This document shows, piece by piece, positions 29,279 through 37,955 of a stretch of 60,910 nucleotides of DNA; positions within the stretch are counted from its first letter, which is position 1, and the number at the start of each line of letters is the position of its first letter. This DNA comes from a virus. Lineage: Duplodnaviria; Caudoviricetes. The position numbers and the translations under genes were made by a program. The notes under the pieces are model-generated. The model worked only from the letters and a program-made list of their open reading frames with translations, did no database searches and was not told the DNA's origin. The stretch covers positions 1 through 60,910 of IMG/VR virus record IMGVR_UViG_3300042557_001137, one strand, 5' to 3'.

Positions 29279-30421
29279 TCAGAACGCCGTATCGAGGCAG
29301 ATCACGCCGAAGTCCTGCACATCACCGCTCACGTCGGTGTTGTAGCGGGGCTTGCGGAGGCCGAAGATCTTGCCGATCGAGATGCCAGCCTGGTTCTTGT
29401 AGTCGAAGGCGTCCTCGGTGATCTCCGGCAGACCGATGTCCGCCATCGCGAGGGCCTGCGCACCACAGAACAGGGCACGAGCACCGTTGACGTTAGCGGT
29501 CGCGCCCCACTTGTAGCCGGGGGCGCCCGCGTTGCCGACCGCGCCCGTGAGCGCGCCAGCCGTGTTGAAGACGTGACGGAACTCATGGACCATCACACCA
29601 TCAACCATCAGCGAGCTCGAACCCGAGAACAGCTGGTTATCCGGGCCTCGCACGCCAGCGTTACGAACGTTGGCAAGGAAGTCCGAATCCAGCTTAAGCG
29701 CGGCCATCTGCTGCGGGGTGACGAAGAGGTGATAGACCTCCTCATTACCGGCGCCACGCAGACCACGGATGTACTGGTCCTTAGCGTAGGCCTTAAGGTC
29801 GACGATGTGGCGGTACTTCAGCTTGTCGGTGGCAGTGATGGACGTCACGCTGCCAGCGGCCAAGTTGTCGCCCGACACACGACGATGCCGAAGAGCCGTC
29901 GGCGCAGTCACGTTCGAGGCGAACTCGAGGTTCGACAGGTTCTGGCCAGCAGGCAGGACCGTGCGAAGCGCGCCGTTCGTCTTGAGCGTGTAGGCCACAC
30001 CCGAAAGCGTAAGGAACCCGAGCTGATCGATACGATCCGCCATCGCGTAAGCGAGGGCGTCGCGCGAGGTCTCGCGGAAGTTCACCACCGACTTCTGATC
30101 AGCGAGACGGCCCGCGATACGGTTCGCGAAACGCAGCTGGTCGAGGTTGATGTTGATATCGTAGGCGCGGAGCGCCTCTTCGTTGCCTTCGAGCGTGTTG
30201 TCACCGGTCACGCCGTCGCCGGTCATGTCCGCGAGCAGGGTGATGACGGCCTTCGTGCCCTTGTCCGACTTGGTGAGCTCGGTGACACGCTGGATCATCG
30301 CATTGGAGCCAGAACCGACGAAGCGGTTCACAAACGACATATTGCGAGAGACGCGCCAGAAATCACGGCTCCACGCCGTGAGCTGTTCACTGGTCAGCGC
30401 CGCAAAGTTAGTAAGAGCCAT
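29279..30421 (-). CDS. major capsid protein (N4-gp56/DUF4043-like)
   Basis: MALTNF start after AAGGAG; ELTKS.KG..A.ITL, GD.TLEGNEEAL, DYKNQ.GIS.GKIFGL.K, DFGVI motifs; strong codon bias. Confidence 0.9.
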   Translation of the reverse strand: MALTNFAALTSEQLTAWSRDFWRVSRNMSFVNRFVGSGSNAMIQRVTELTKSDKGTKAVITLLADMTGDGVTGDNTLEGNEEALRAYDININLDQLRFANRIAGRLADQKSVVNFRETSRDALAYAMADRIDQLGFLTLSGVAYTLKTNGALRTVLPAGQNLSNLEFASNVTAPTALRHRRVSGDNLAAGSVTSITATDKLKYRHIVDLKAYAKDQYIRGLRGAGNEEVYHLFVTPQQMAALKLDSDFLANVRNAGVRGPDNQLFSGSSSLMVDGVMVHEFRHVFNTAGALTGAVGNAGAPGYKWGATANVNGARALFCGAQALAMADIGLPEITEDAFDYKNQAGISIGKIFGLRKPRYNTDVSGDVQDFGVICLDTAF

Positions 30422-30440
30422 GTTGGCATCTCCTTGAATT

Positions 30441-30639
30441 GCGTTATCAAACCCGATACGCACCCGCGTACCAGGAGCTGCAGCCGACTTGTGGAGCGGC
30501 TAACCCGTTTCCCCGTATCGTGGGGTCACGACTTAGCGCGTGTTCACGAGACGCGACCTCGGCAGGTTTACGCCGCTGCGGGCGAGGGTTCACCGTTTTT
30601 AACGTGTGCGACACGGCCGGAAACGTTCCGGCAAACGAA
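30441..30639 (-). ncRNA. structured 5' leader of the capsid mRNA (tandem small pseudoknots plus hairpins)
   Basis: Four H-type pseudoknot pairings, one related hairpin, an enclosing AACCC/GGGTT helix and two further hairpins, all read from sequence. Confidence 0.6.
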
Positions 30640-30647
30640 TACGTTGT

Positions 30648-30676
30648 AGATTAACAACAGTGATGCAAGTTCGCAA
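30648..30676 (-). promoter_or_regulatory. putative sigma70 promoter for the capsid gene
   Basis: TTGCGA-17 nt-TAATCT on the minus strand, just upstream of the structured leader. Confidence 0.5.
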
Positions 30677-30711
30677 CTGCTGAAGAAAAATTTGTCTTCA
30701 CGGTAAAATTT

Positions 30712-30751
30712 GTCCTTGCCGCCAAATTTTTCCAAAACTGGCGGCAAGGAC
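30712..30751. terminator. strong hairpin, probable terminator
   Basis: 13-bp perfect stem GTCCTTGCCGCCA/TGGCGGCAAGGAC with T-rich flanks. Confidence 0.6.
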
Positions 30752-30756
30752 GTTTT

Positions 30757-30867
30757 TTATACCCCTAGGTACTTCTTGGCCGGGGCGCTCTTGGCGCTAG
30801 CTTTCTTCATGCACTTACCCGCCTTCACACAGCGGCCAGGGGTCGGACAACCAGGACAAGGCTTCAT
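30757..30867 (-). CDS. small Cys/Lys-rich peptide (36 aa)
   Basis: AAGGAG RBS; MKPCPGCPTPGRCVKAGKCMKKASAKSAPAKKYLGV; below the ORF-track cutoff. Confidence 0.65.
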   Translation of the reverse strand: MKPCPGCPTPGRCVKAGKCMKKASAKSAPAKKYLGV

Positions 30868-30877
30868 ACAATTCTCC

Positions 30878-31162
30878 TTACCACTTCACTTTGTTGGCCC
30901 AGTAAGCAGCGGACATCTTGCCTTTGGCAATGTTGTCCGCGTGACGAGCTTTGAAGCTTTCGCGCCGGTTGCGATAAGCCTCAGACTCCCCCGTCTTTTT
31001 CGGGGATCCGCTGACGCCCTGCTGCCCGAAGCGGATAGTCTTCACCTGATCGCCGGTCTTAGCCACGACAACGTGGCTTTTGGTCGGATGACTAGGCGTA
31101 CGCTTCGGCTGGTTGTACCCGGAAACACCGACCCGGGCCAAACGCGGGTCTTTGCCAGCCAT
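30878..31162 (-). CDS. conserved basic phage protein
   Basis: YNQPKRTPSHPTKSHVVVAK..IRFGQQG..SFKARH..SAAYWANKVKW, a widespread phage family. Confidence 0.8.
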   Translation of the reverse strand: MAGKDPRLARVGVSGYNQPKRTPSHPTKSHVVVAKTGDQVKTIRFGQQGVSGSPKKTGESEAYRNRRESFKARHADNIAKGKMSAAYWANKVKW

Positions 31163-32184
31163 TAGATCAAGTCTCCACGCAGGCGCTTCAACGTTGCGGG
31201 CGGAAGAGCGTTGAACTCCTCTTCGGTGAGCGACATGAGGTCGAAAGTCTTCTCGCCCCGCGCTGCCGAGCTCTCCCCGGCCATGTCGGGAGGCTGCGAT
31301 GCTGCGGCCTTCAGTTTGTTAGCGACCTCGGCGCGCTTCTTCGCCACTTCATCGACAGCAGCCGTCTTGTCCCCCGTAGTCGGGGTGGTAACGGGCGTCG
31401 TAGCAGCCGCAGCGGCCGTTTCTCCCGCCAGGCCGTACTCGCTGATGACGAATTTGGCCGCTTTCGACAAGGCCGCAACCGCGTTTTCGCCCTTCACGAT
31501 GAAGGCATCACGCAAATCGATGACCTCCTGCGTGTACTTTTCGTTGAAATCGGGGCTCGCCCGGTCGAAAACCGGGAAGTTCGTTTCCAACGCTGCGGCA
31601 GCCTGCTGCAGAGCGCTGATCTGGTAGCTCTGCGCCACCTTCTGCTCCATCTTCTGGCCCATTTCGAACTCGATCTGGGCCCGTTCGGCCTTGCGGATGT
31701 CCGCTCGGAGCGCCGCCGCCTTCTCGTGCTGCCCATCGAGCACCAAGTTCTGGTACTCGACCTCCTTCGAGGCGAAATCGTAGGCATCTGGAGCGGTTTC
31801 CGCCGCCTGCCGGGTCGCCATCAGGTCGTCGAGCTGCTTCTGGAGGGCCTTCTGCTTGGCCAGCACCTCGTCAAGACGGGCTTTCGGCACCATCGGGCGA
31901 CGCTGCTCCGGCTCTTTGGCCGCTTTCGGCGGCTCGGGAGTGGGCTCCGGGGGCGTTTCCGGCTTTGCGGCCTCAGAAACCGGCTCGGGAGTCGGTTCGG
32001 CGGCGGGCTTTTCGGGTTCCGGGGTCGGCTCGGGGGTCGGATCCGGGGCCGAAGCCTCGGCAGCAGGGGGCGCTGGCTCGTCGCCGAGGCCAAAGTTGAA
32101 GTCGAACGGCTGCTCCGGAGCCGCCTCGGCCGGATCGGCGCCAGGCATCTGCTCCATAACCACTTCCTTCTTGCTGTCAGACAT
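31162..32184 (-). CDS. capsid scaffolding protein
   Basis: P/E-rich N-terminus, VPKARLDEV, coiled coils, ends EEEFNALP..LKRLRGD; lies between portal and capsid genes. Confidence 0.75.
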   Translation of the reverse strand: MSDSKKEVVMEQMPGADPAEAAPEQPFDFNFGLGDEPAPPAAEASAPDPTPEPTPEPEKPAAEPTPEPVSEAAKPETPPEPTPEPPKAAKEPEQRRPMVPKARLDEVLAKQKALQKQLDDLMATRQAAETAPDAYDFASKEVEYQNLVLDGQHEKAAALRADIRKAERAQIEFEMGQKMEQKVAQSYQISALQQAAAALETNFPVFDRASPDFNEKYTQEVIDLRDAFIVKGENAVAALSKAAKFVISEYGLAGETAAAAATTPVTTPTTGDKTAAVDEVAKKRAEVANKLKAAASQPPDMAGESSAARGEKTFDLMSLTEEEFNALPPATLKRLRGDLI

Positions 32185-32194
32185 AGGTACTCCT

Positions 32195-34339
32195 TCAGTT
32201 TGTCATGGGCCGCGAAGGGGACGGGCGCGGCTGGCCCTGGGACTGCGCTTTTGCAGAGGTCTGCATAACGGTGGCGGCAATGCGAGTAGCCGCCGCCGTC
32301 TCCTGCTGCTGCTGTCGCGACTGGTTGGAGAGCGCGGCAAGCTCGCGGCGCAGCTCCAGTTCGCGGGTCTTGGTGTCGACCTTGCTCTGCAGCTCCGCCA
32401 TGCGCAACTGCGGGTCGACTTCGGCAACGGTCTGCGCCTTGGCCATGTTGACCGCAGTCTCCGACTGGAGCTTTTCGATCTCGGCCTGTGCACGCTGCAG
32501 CTCCAGCTGGATCTGCTGCATCGCCAGTTCGTTCTGCATGGCGGCGGCCTCCTGCTGCTCCGGGGTCTGCTCGACGCCTGTAGCCATACGGATACGCTTG
32601 GCGAGTTCGCCCTTACGAGCGAGGTGGCTGTACTCGATGATCGCGTCGTCCGGGATCATGATGCCGACCTGCCGCAGGCTAAGCGCCTCGGCAAACTGCA
32701 TCTCATCGAACGAGTCGCGGGCCGGCGCGGTGCCGATCACCACGTCATACTCGCCGAGCGTAAGGTCGTTGATGACGCGGCCTTCCGGAGTCATGGCGTT
32801 GATCACCATCGGCTCTCGCGGCTTGAGCGGATCGTCTTCGTTGGTGATCTGGATGACACGCTGCTCAGTGTAAAACCGCTGCACAATATTGAGGATCTTC
32901 TCAGCCAGATAATGCCGCGTCTTTCGCAGGTTGTCGAGCGGCACCTGGATCATGATCACGCCGCGATTCTGCTTGGCCTGGATAGCGATCCCCGAGACCT
33001 CAGCTCCGTCCGACCCGAGCATCGAGTCGTTCACGCCGCTGATGGTCTTGATGTTGAGCGCCGCTTTCTGGCTGATGCGATCCAGCCCGGTGGGGATCTG
33101 GTTCGGAGTGATCTTTGTCGGCGGCTGTGAGCCACGGTTGTACTCGACCACCAAGCCGGTTTCCGCGCCCTTCTCCTCAAGATCATCGACCGTCATGCTG
33201 GTCAAAGAGCCGCTCTCGACCATCCACCCGCTGTTGGCGGTGGTGTTGACGATGTGCAGCTCTTGGCTGGCGATCTTGTTCAGCTGCTCCTGCGGAGACA
33301 GCAGATTGCGGACCATGCCAAACGGCCGGCCGCGACGGAAGTACGCGAAATACGGCACCAACGTGAAGTCTTCATAAGGCGACCAGTCATCGTGCAGCAC
33401 GACCCGATCGCAAGTCACGGTCCACCGCACTTTGCGCTGCATCTTGCTGATGATACCGAGTCCGTACTGCTTGGCGAACTTCTTGGTCCGCTGCTCGGAC
33501 CAGCTGTCGGGGACAATGCGCTGGTCGCCCGTGTTCGGGTCGACAAAGAACTCCGCGCGCGACATCTTGCGGTACTGACGTTCGATCACACGCAGCGCCT
33601 TGACGTTGCGATAGCTTTCGCCGTCGGGGATCGCCGCGCCAAGGAACGCCTGCGAATTCTCGGTCTCGCCGAAACGCGTCTCTTCGTACTCGATAGAGTC
33701 GCGGCTGTAACCGGTGCCGTTCTCGGCGACATACCGCAGGGCCTCGGCCTTGTCTTTACCGTACAGCTCTTCGATCTCGTCCAAGGTCATCCAGCGACTT
33801 TCGAACACTTCGTTCCAGGTCTTCGGATCGTATTCTTTGGCGTCCGGATCGAGCAGGATGTCCAGCGGGTCTTTGGCCGTGATACGGACTTCGCCCTCGA
33901 CGTGGTCGCTGAAGTCCATGCGGACGTCAAAGTAACCACGTCCGTCCAAGATCAGCCCGTCGCTGAACACCTGCTGCTCGACCCAGTCGAGCTTGTTGTT
34001 GTCGCCGATCTGCATGTAGAGCTTGGTCAGCACAGAGGCGACGTCCTGATCACCGCCGCGACGCGGCTTGAACTGCACGTCGGCCCGGCGCGTGGACTGT
34101 TCGCCAAGGACCGTGTTCACGGTCGGAAGCACGGTGTTGATGGTCAGTGACGGGCGTCCCTCGGCTTCCAGCTTCGCGATATCAGCCTTGTCCCACTGGT
34201 CGCCACGGTAGAAGGCATCGCACTTCTTGGCCATCTCGACATACTTGAGATGCCCGTTGTCCCGCGCGCGTACGTAGCGGTTCCACTGCGTGCGAGCCAG
34301 CTGCTGCTCTTCGATGGACTGCGACTTGATCTTGGCCAT
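32195..34339 (-). CDS. portal protein (P22-like)
   Basis: FYRGDQW..L...GRP.LTIN, R.L..PQ..LNK, SGIAI..KQ, G.YDVV motifs; Q-rich barrel C-terminus. Confidence 0.9.
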   Translation of the reverse strand: MAKIKSQSIEEQQLARTQWNRYVRARDNGHLKYVEMAKKCDAFYRGDQWDKADIAKLEAEGRPSLTINTVLPTVNTVLGEQSTRRADVQFKPRRGGDQDVASVLTKLYMQIGDNNKLDWVEQQVFSDGLILDGRGYFDVRMDFSDHVEGEVRITAKDPLDILLDPDAKEYDPKTWNEVFESRWMTLDEIEELYGKDKAEALRYVAENGTGYSRDSIEYEETRFGETENSQAFLGAAIPDGESYRNVKALRVIERQYRKMSRAEFFVDPNTGDQRIVPDSWSEQRTKKFAKQYGLGIISKMQRKVRWTVTCDRVVLHDDWSPYEDFTLVPYFAYFRRGRPFGMVRNLLSPQEQLNKIASQELHIVNTTANSGWMVESGSLTSMTVDDLEEKGAETGLVVEYNRGSQPPTKITPNQIPTGLDRISQKAALNIKTISGVNDSMLGSDGAEVSGIAIQAKQNRGVIMIQVPLDNLRKTRHYLAEKILNIVQRFYTEQRVIQITNEDDPLKPREPMVINAMTPEGRVINDLTLGEYDVVIGTAPARDSFDEMQFAEALSLRQVGIMIPDDAIIEYSHLARKGELAKRIRMATGVEQTPEQQEAAAMQNELAMQQIQLELQRAQAEIEKLQSETAVNMAKAQTVAEVDPQLRMAELQSKVDTKTRELELRRELAALSNQSRQQQQETAAATRIAATVMQTSAKAQSQGQPRPSPSRPMTN

Positions 34340-34340
34340 G

Positions 34341-35990
34341 TTATGAACTCATCGCGGATTTTTGGCGGGGTCCGCGAGCGATGGAGAGAAGTTTGTCCCG
34401 CCAGGACGGTACGTGGACGACAGGAGGCTGGAACGTAGAAAACTCGGCCATCATCAAGCCGATCCACGAGATCGCGTCTACTTGGTCGTCGTGCATACCG
34501 TTAGGAAACCGCAGCAGCTCCGCGATCATAGGGCCGGTGAATGAGGCATCGCGCGGGAAGTATACCTTACCCTGCTGCATTCGGCCTTGGATTGCACGCG
34601 CCCGGGCTTCTTTGTCCCGGCGACCGGTTTTGAGGTCTTTGAAGTACGCCTCGTACAATCCGCGTTCCCGGACCCGTTTCTCCAGAAAGGGGCCAAGCGC
34701 CATTTCGATGTGGCTCTTCTCGATGCCGACGATCGACGGCTTCCATTGGACGTACAGGTCAAGGATGCGCTCGACCAGCTCGAAGCCGTCGAACCGCCCC
34801 CGCACCACGTCCATGACGTACATGTCGTCCTGCTGGTTGATCCCGACCACCACCCCTACGCTGTAGTCGTTGCGGTCGTTCTTGCCGATCGCCAAGTCCC
34901 ACGCACAGTAGTAGCGCATCTGCTTCTGGTCGACGTCGTCCGGGCCGTAGTACTTGACCATGCTGCGGGTGAAGTACTGGCCGTCGTCAGCTACCGGGTT
35001 CTGTTGGTAGAGGGCCGACCAGTCCCGGGGGCCGACCGCCTTTTCGATCCGGCGCAACGCCTCGACGTTGTACCGCTCCGGGTGCAGGGCGTCGCCCGAC
35101 TTGCGGAACTCCTCGTCCTCCTCGGCGATCGCCGGGTACCGCACCACCTCCCACTCATCACCCCCCTGCGAAGCCGCCTTCAGCAGCCGGCCGGCTAGGT
35201 CGTCGTCATGCCAGCGGGTGAGGATGACCAGCACCCCGCCGCCCGGCGCCAAGCGGGTGTACGCGGTCGAGGTGTACCAGTCCCAGGTCGCGTCCCGGTT
35301 GTTCTGGCTCTCGGCGTCTTCGCGGTTCTTGATGGGGTCGTCGATCACGAGGACGTGGGCGCCTTTGCCGGTGATACCACCGCCCACACCCGCCGCCACG
35401 AACCCACCCCCGGCCGTGGTCAGCCACGCCTCAGCGCTTTGGCTGTCCGGATCCAGACGCGTCTTGAATATCGTCTTATAGGAAGGCTCACGTAGTACCT
35501 GACGCACCTTACGGCTAAAACCCATCGCCAGAGAACCCGAGTACGAACAGCTGATGAACTCGTGCTCAGGGTTGCCGCCCAAGTGCCAAGCCGGGAACGC
35601 GACCGACGCCAAGGTCGACTTTCCGTGGCGCGGCGGTAGAAAGAGCATAAGCCGTGGCGACTTTTGGTCCACCACGTCGCGAGAAAACTGCTCAAGCCGT
35701 TTGCAGACATCTTTGTGCACCCACCCTGCGTTGTAGTCCGGGTTGAACTTCTCGACGAACGGCAACAGCCGCTTACGCGACAGGATACGCTCGGCGAGCT
35801 CCTTTTGAGCGCGCTCTTTGATGGATAGTTCCGGGGCTTCGGCCGGGGCCTGACCAGCGGCCTCCGGTAACCGCTCGGCGTCGTCGGCTTTGCAGTAGAC
35901 GCACAGGCCGTCCACTTCGGAGGAGTACAAGGTCGCCGGATGGCTGTTCTTGCACCGCTTGCACCGGCGCGTCGGCACGGCCTCGGTCAT
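34341..35990 (-). CDS. terL: terminase large subunit
   Basis: PPRHGKS Walker A, ITGKGA..LVIDDPIK Walker B, TRWHDDDL, WDLA and HDDQVDA nuclease motifs. Confidence 0.95.
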   Translation of the reverse strand: MTEAVPTRRCKRCKNSHPATLYSSEVDGLCVYCKADDAERLPEAAGQAPAEAPELSIKERAQKELAERILSRKRLLPFVEKFNPDYNAGWVHKDVCKRLEQFSRDVVDQKSPRLMLFLPPRHGKSTLASVAFPAWHLGGNPEHEFISCSYSGSLAMGFSRKVRQVLREPSYKTIFKTRLDPDSQSAEAWLTTAGGGFVAAGVGGGITGKGAHVLVIDDPIKNREDAESQNNRDATWDWYTSTAYTRLAPGGGVLVILTRWHDDDLAGRLLKAASQGGDEWEVVRYPAIAEEDEEFRKSGDALHPERYNVEALRRIEKAVGPRDWSALYQQNPVADDGQYFTRSMVKYYGPDDVDQKQMRYYCAWDLAIGKNDRNDYSVGVVVGINQQDDMYVMDVVRGRFDGFELVERILDLYVQWKPSIVGIEKSHIEMALGPFLEKRVRERGLYEAYFKDLKTGRRDKEARARAIQGRMQQGKVYFPRDASFTGPMIAELLRFPNGMHDDQVDAISWIGLMMAEFSTFQPPVVHVPSWRDKLLSIARGPRQKSAMSS

Positions 35991-36502
35991 GAGGGTTCCG
36001 GCTCCAGGTACGCCGGATCGCGGCCGGAGAGCTTGAGGAGATCGGCGTCGGACATCCGCTCCAGCTGAGCGGTGTTGACGTTGATGTTGATCTGGGTGGC
36101 GTTGTCTGGCGCCGCTAGGCCGTGCAGCTTGACCAACGAGTCGGTGGCGTTCTTCATCTCGGTCGAGGTCGCCGCAGCGTTGTACGCTTCTAGGTACATC
36201 TGATGGGCCTGGACCCGGGTGAACCGCACCTCTTCGCGCATCTGCTCGCGGAAGTATTCGATCGCCTTCAGCACGGCTGGCCGCTTGGAAGCAGCAAGCG
36301 CGGTCTCGGCGCTGGCGTACCCGGCGGCTCGGCCAGCGGCCGCTACTGACATTCCACGGACGATGTACAGCACCAGCCGTTCCTGCTGGATGGTCAAGTC
36401 CCCGAGAGTAAGCCCCATGTAGGGCATGAGGGACTGGAACTCGACTTGAGCGAGCTCGTCGTCAGTGGACCGAGGTTCCTGGTCCGGCAAGGATTTCGTC
36501 AT
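35987..36502 (-). CDS. terS: terminase small subunit
   Basis: LTIQQERLV..AAGRAAGY HTH-like segment, KLHGL, overlaps the terL start; likely start ATG 36502. Confidence 0.75.
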   Translation of the reverse strand: MTKSLPDQEPRSTDDELAQVEFQSLMPYMGLTLGDLTIQQERLVLYIVRGMSVAAAGRAAGYASAETALAASKRPAVLKAIEYFREQMREEVRFTRVQAHQMYLEAYNAAATSTEMKNATDSLVKLHGLAAPDNATQININVNTAQLERMSDADLLKLSGRDPAYLEPEPS

Positions 36503-36740
36503 CGTCTCCAAAGAGGTCCTCGTCAAGATAGACAAACACCGGCGCTCGATCGCCAAGCTTGCTGAGGGAGATCTTGGTCAAAAAGTCTTCAAGCGTCGCG
36601 GCTTCGCCTTCAAGTGAGCGGACGATCGCTTCGGCAAGGTGGCCGTCGTAGACCAGTACCTCATTGCCGCCGCGATACGCGGTGCCGATGACGGCCTGGT
36701 CGAAACCCTCCAACGCAATGACCTGGAATACCTGTGACAT
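36462..36740 (-). CDS. conserved phage hypothetical protein
   Basis: LEGFDQAVIG..VLVYD..G...PVFV pattern. Confidence 0.6.
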   Translation of the reverse strand: MSQVFQVIALEGFDQAVIGTAYRGGNEVLVYDGHLAEAIVRSLEGEAATLEDFLTKISLSKLGDRAPVFVYLDEDLFGDDDEILAGPGTSVH

Positions 36741-36742
36741 GG

Positions 36743-36771
36743 ATATTAGTCCGTATATGGATCAATCACAA
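36743..36771 (-). promoter_or_regulatory. possible sigma70 promoter upstream of the packaging genes
   Basis: TTGTGA-17 nt-TAATAT on the minus strand. Confidence 0.35.
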
Positions 36772-37331
36772 GAGTGGGCGTGGATGGTCTTCACCCACCA
36801 GTAGAGCATATCAGTGCTTAGGGTCTGCTTCAGTATATTGACGCGAAGCGCGACCAATTGGATGTTTCCGGGGACGTAGCCTAATTGGCTGTCGATCCGG
36901 TCGATGCTGGCATTGAAGTCTTTATGCCCGGATCCGTCGACGTGGTGGGTGAGCACGACCCCTGACACAGCGCATCGCCCGTTCTGCGCTTCCCACAGTT
37001 CTATCAGCTGTTCCAGCGTCACTTCGTAATCGCCGAGATCACGTCGTTTGCTGTTGTCGCGGCTTTTTGAAAGAAGGTTGGAGAGATAGGTTTCGTAGCT
37101 TGAAGATGCTGTTTTTCTTGTGGCGGCGGACCTGCACGGGTTACACGTCTGCCGGTAGTTACCCGATTTGAACCTGTCGAATGTACCTACTGGCAGGGCC
37201 TGCTGACAGCGAGCACAGGTGCGTTGTTCAGTCACGTGGTTCGTGGTCCGAGGGCCGTGGACTGGGCGGGAGTATAGCGAAAATTTTTTGCAAAAAAAGT
37301 TTTGGGTTTCACTTCTACTTCGCTCACTCAT
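36762..37331 (-). CDS. HNH/endonuclease VII-like nuclease with Zn-finger N-terminus
   Basis: CARC..CNPC, QNGRCAVSG, SIDRIDS..GY..GNIQLV..VN..K motifs; start uncertain. Confidence 0.8.
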   Translation of the reverse strand: MSERSRSETQNFFCKKFSLYSRPVHGPRTTNHVTEQRTCARCQQALPVGTFDRFKSGNYRQTCNPCRSAATRKTASSSYETYLSNLLSKSRDNSKRRDLGDYEVTLEQLIELWEAQNGRCAVSGVVLTHHVDGSGHKDFNASIDRIDSQLGYVPGNIQLVALRVNILKQTLSTDMLYWWVKTIHAHSCD

Positions 37332-37486
37332 GGTCTCCCGGCCGCCTCCACGATGACCCCCTTCCCGGAACCCACCGCCCCCTAACGAAGATTAGCCATT
37401 TCAGCATTTGGAACCTTGTCTGGCAGTAACCCTCTTCGCACGAAGAACTCAAGCTCACACGGGGTCAGCTATCGGACAGCTCGCTC

Positions 37487-37507
37487 GCGCTTCGCGCTCG
37501 CGGTCAG
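37487..37507 (+). promoter_or_regulatory. hairpin-CGGTCAG element 1 (putative early promoter)
   Basis: GCGC-TTC-GCGC, then TCG, then CGGTCAG. Confidence 0.55.
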
Positions 37508-37547
37508 CGTCAGTTGTGTATTCCGTCCACCACTCAAGGAGTTAGTC

Positions 37548-37637
37548 ATGGACCGTCGCGATATCCCTGTTGTCATCGCTGCTGGCGCGTTTGTCGTCAG
37601 CCTCTTGTGGGCCACTTACTACCTGTGGCTCGTTTGA
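37548..37637 (+). CDS. small membrane peptide (29 aa)
   Basis: AAGGAG RBS; MDRRDIPVVIAAGAFVVSLLWATYYLWLV. Confidence 0.65.
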   Translation: MDRRDIPVVIAAGAFVVSLLWATYYLWLV

Positions 37638-37652
37638 TAGCTCGCTGCGCTC

Positions 37653-37675
37653 CGCGCTTCGCGCGTCGCGGTCAG
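37653..37675 (+). promoter_or_regulatory. hairpin-CGGTCAG element 2
   Basis: CGCGC-TTC-GCGCG, then TCG, then CGGTCAG. Confidence 0.55.
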
Positions 37676-37720
37676 TAGTGTTTGTGTAGTTTGTGCAACC
37701 AGTCCTAGGAGGACACTTCG

Positions 37721-37888
37721 ATGCAGATCAACGATACCACTGAGTCCACTGTCGCCACCAAGACGGAGGAACTCAAGGCTCAGGCCAAGGAAGTTGGGGC
37801 CGACCTCATGCAGGCCGCCAAGCGTGAGGCCCAAGAGCGCCCGCTGTCGACCGCGCTGCTCGCGATCTTGCTGCTCACGAGCACCTGA
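37721..37888 (+). CDS. small tail-anchored membrane protein (55 aa)
   Basis: AGGAGG RBS; MQINDTTES..AQERPLSTALLAILLLTST; not in the ORF track. Confidence 0.7.
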   Translation: MQINDTTESTVATKTEELKAQAKEVGADLMQAAKREAQERPLSTALLAILLLTST

Positions 37889-37893
37889 CCCCC

Positions 37894-37920
37894 AGCCCTG
37901 AGCATGGCTCAAAACTGCTC
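37894..37920 (+). repeat. intergenic pseudoknot repeat copy 1
   Basis: AGCCCTGAGCATGGCTCAAAACTGCTC, 26/27 identical to 38272-38298. Confidence 0.8.
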
Positions 37921-37955
37921 ATCTCTTCTACAACCAGCCCCAGGAGGGCACTTCG

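Noticed and set aside
29084-30649. 521-aa plus-strand ORF over the capsid gene (also 19989-21410, 31856-33130, 54224-55420)
   Set aside because: Antisense shadows of strongly codon-biased real genes
37894-37920. Hammerhead ribozyme
   Set aside because: CTGAGCA..CAAAAC does not match the CUGANGA..GAAA core and there is no three-stem junction
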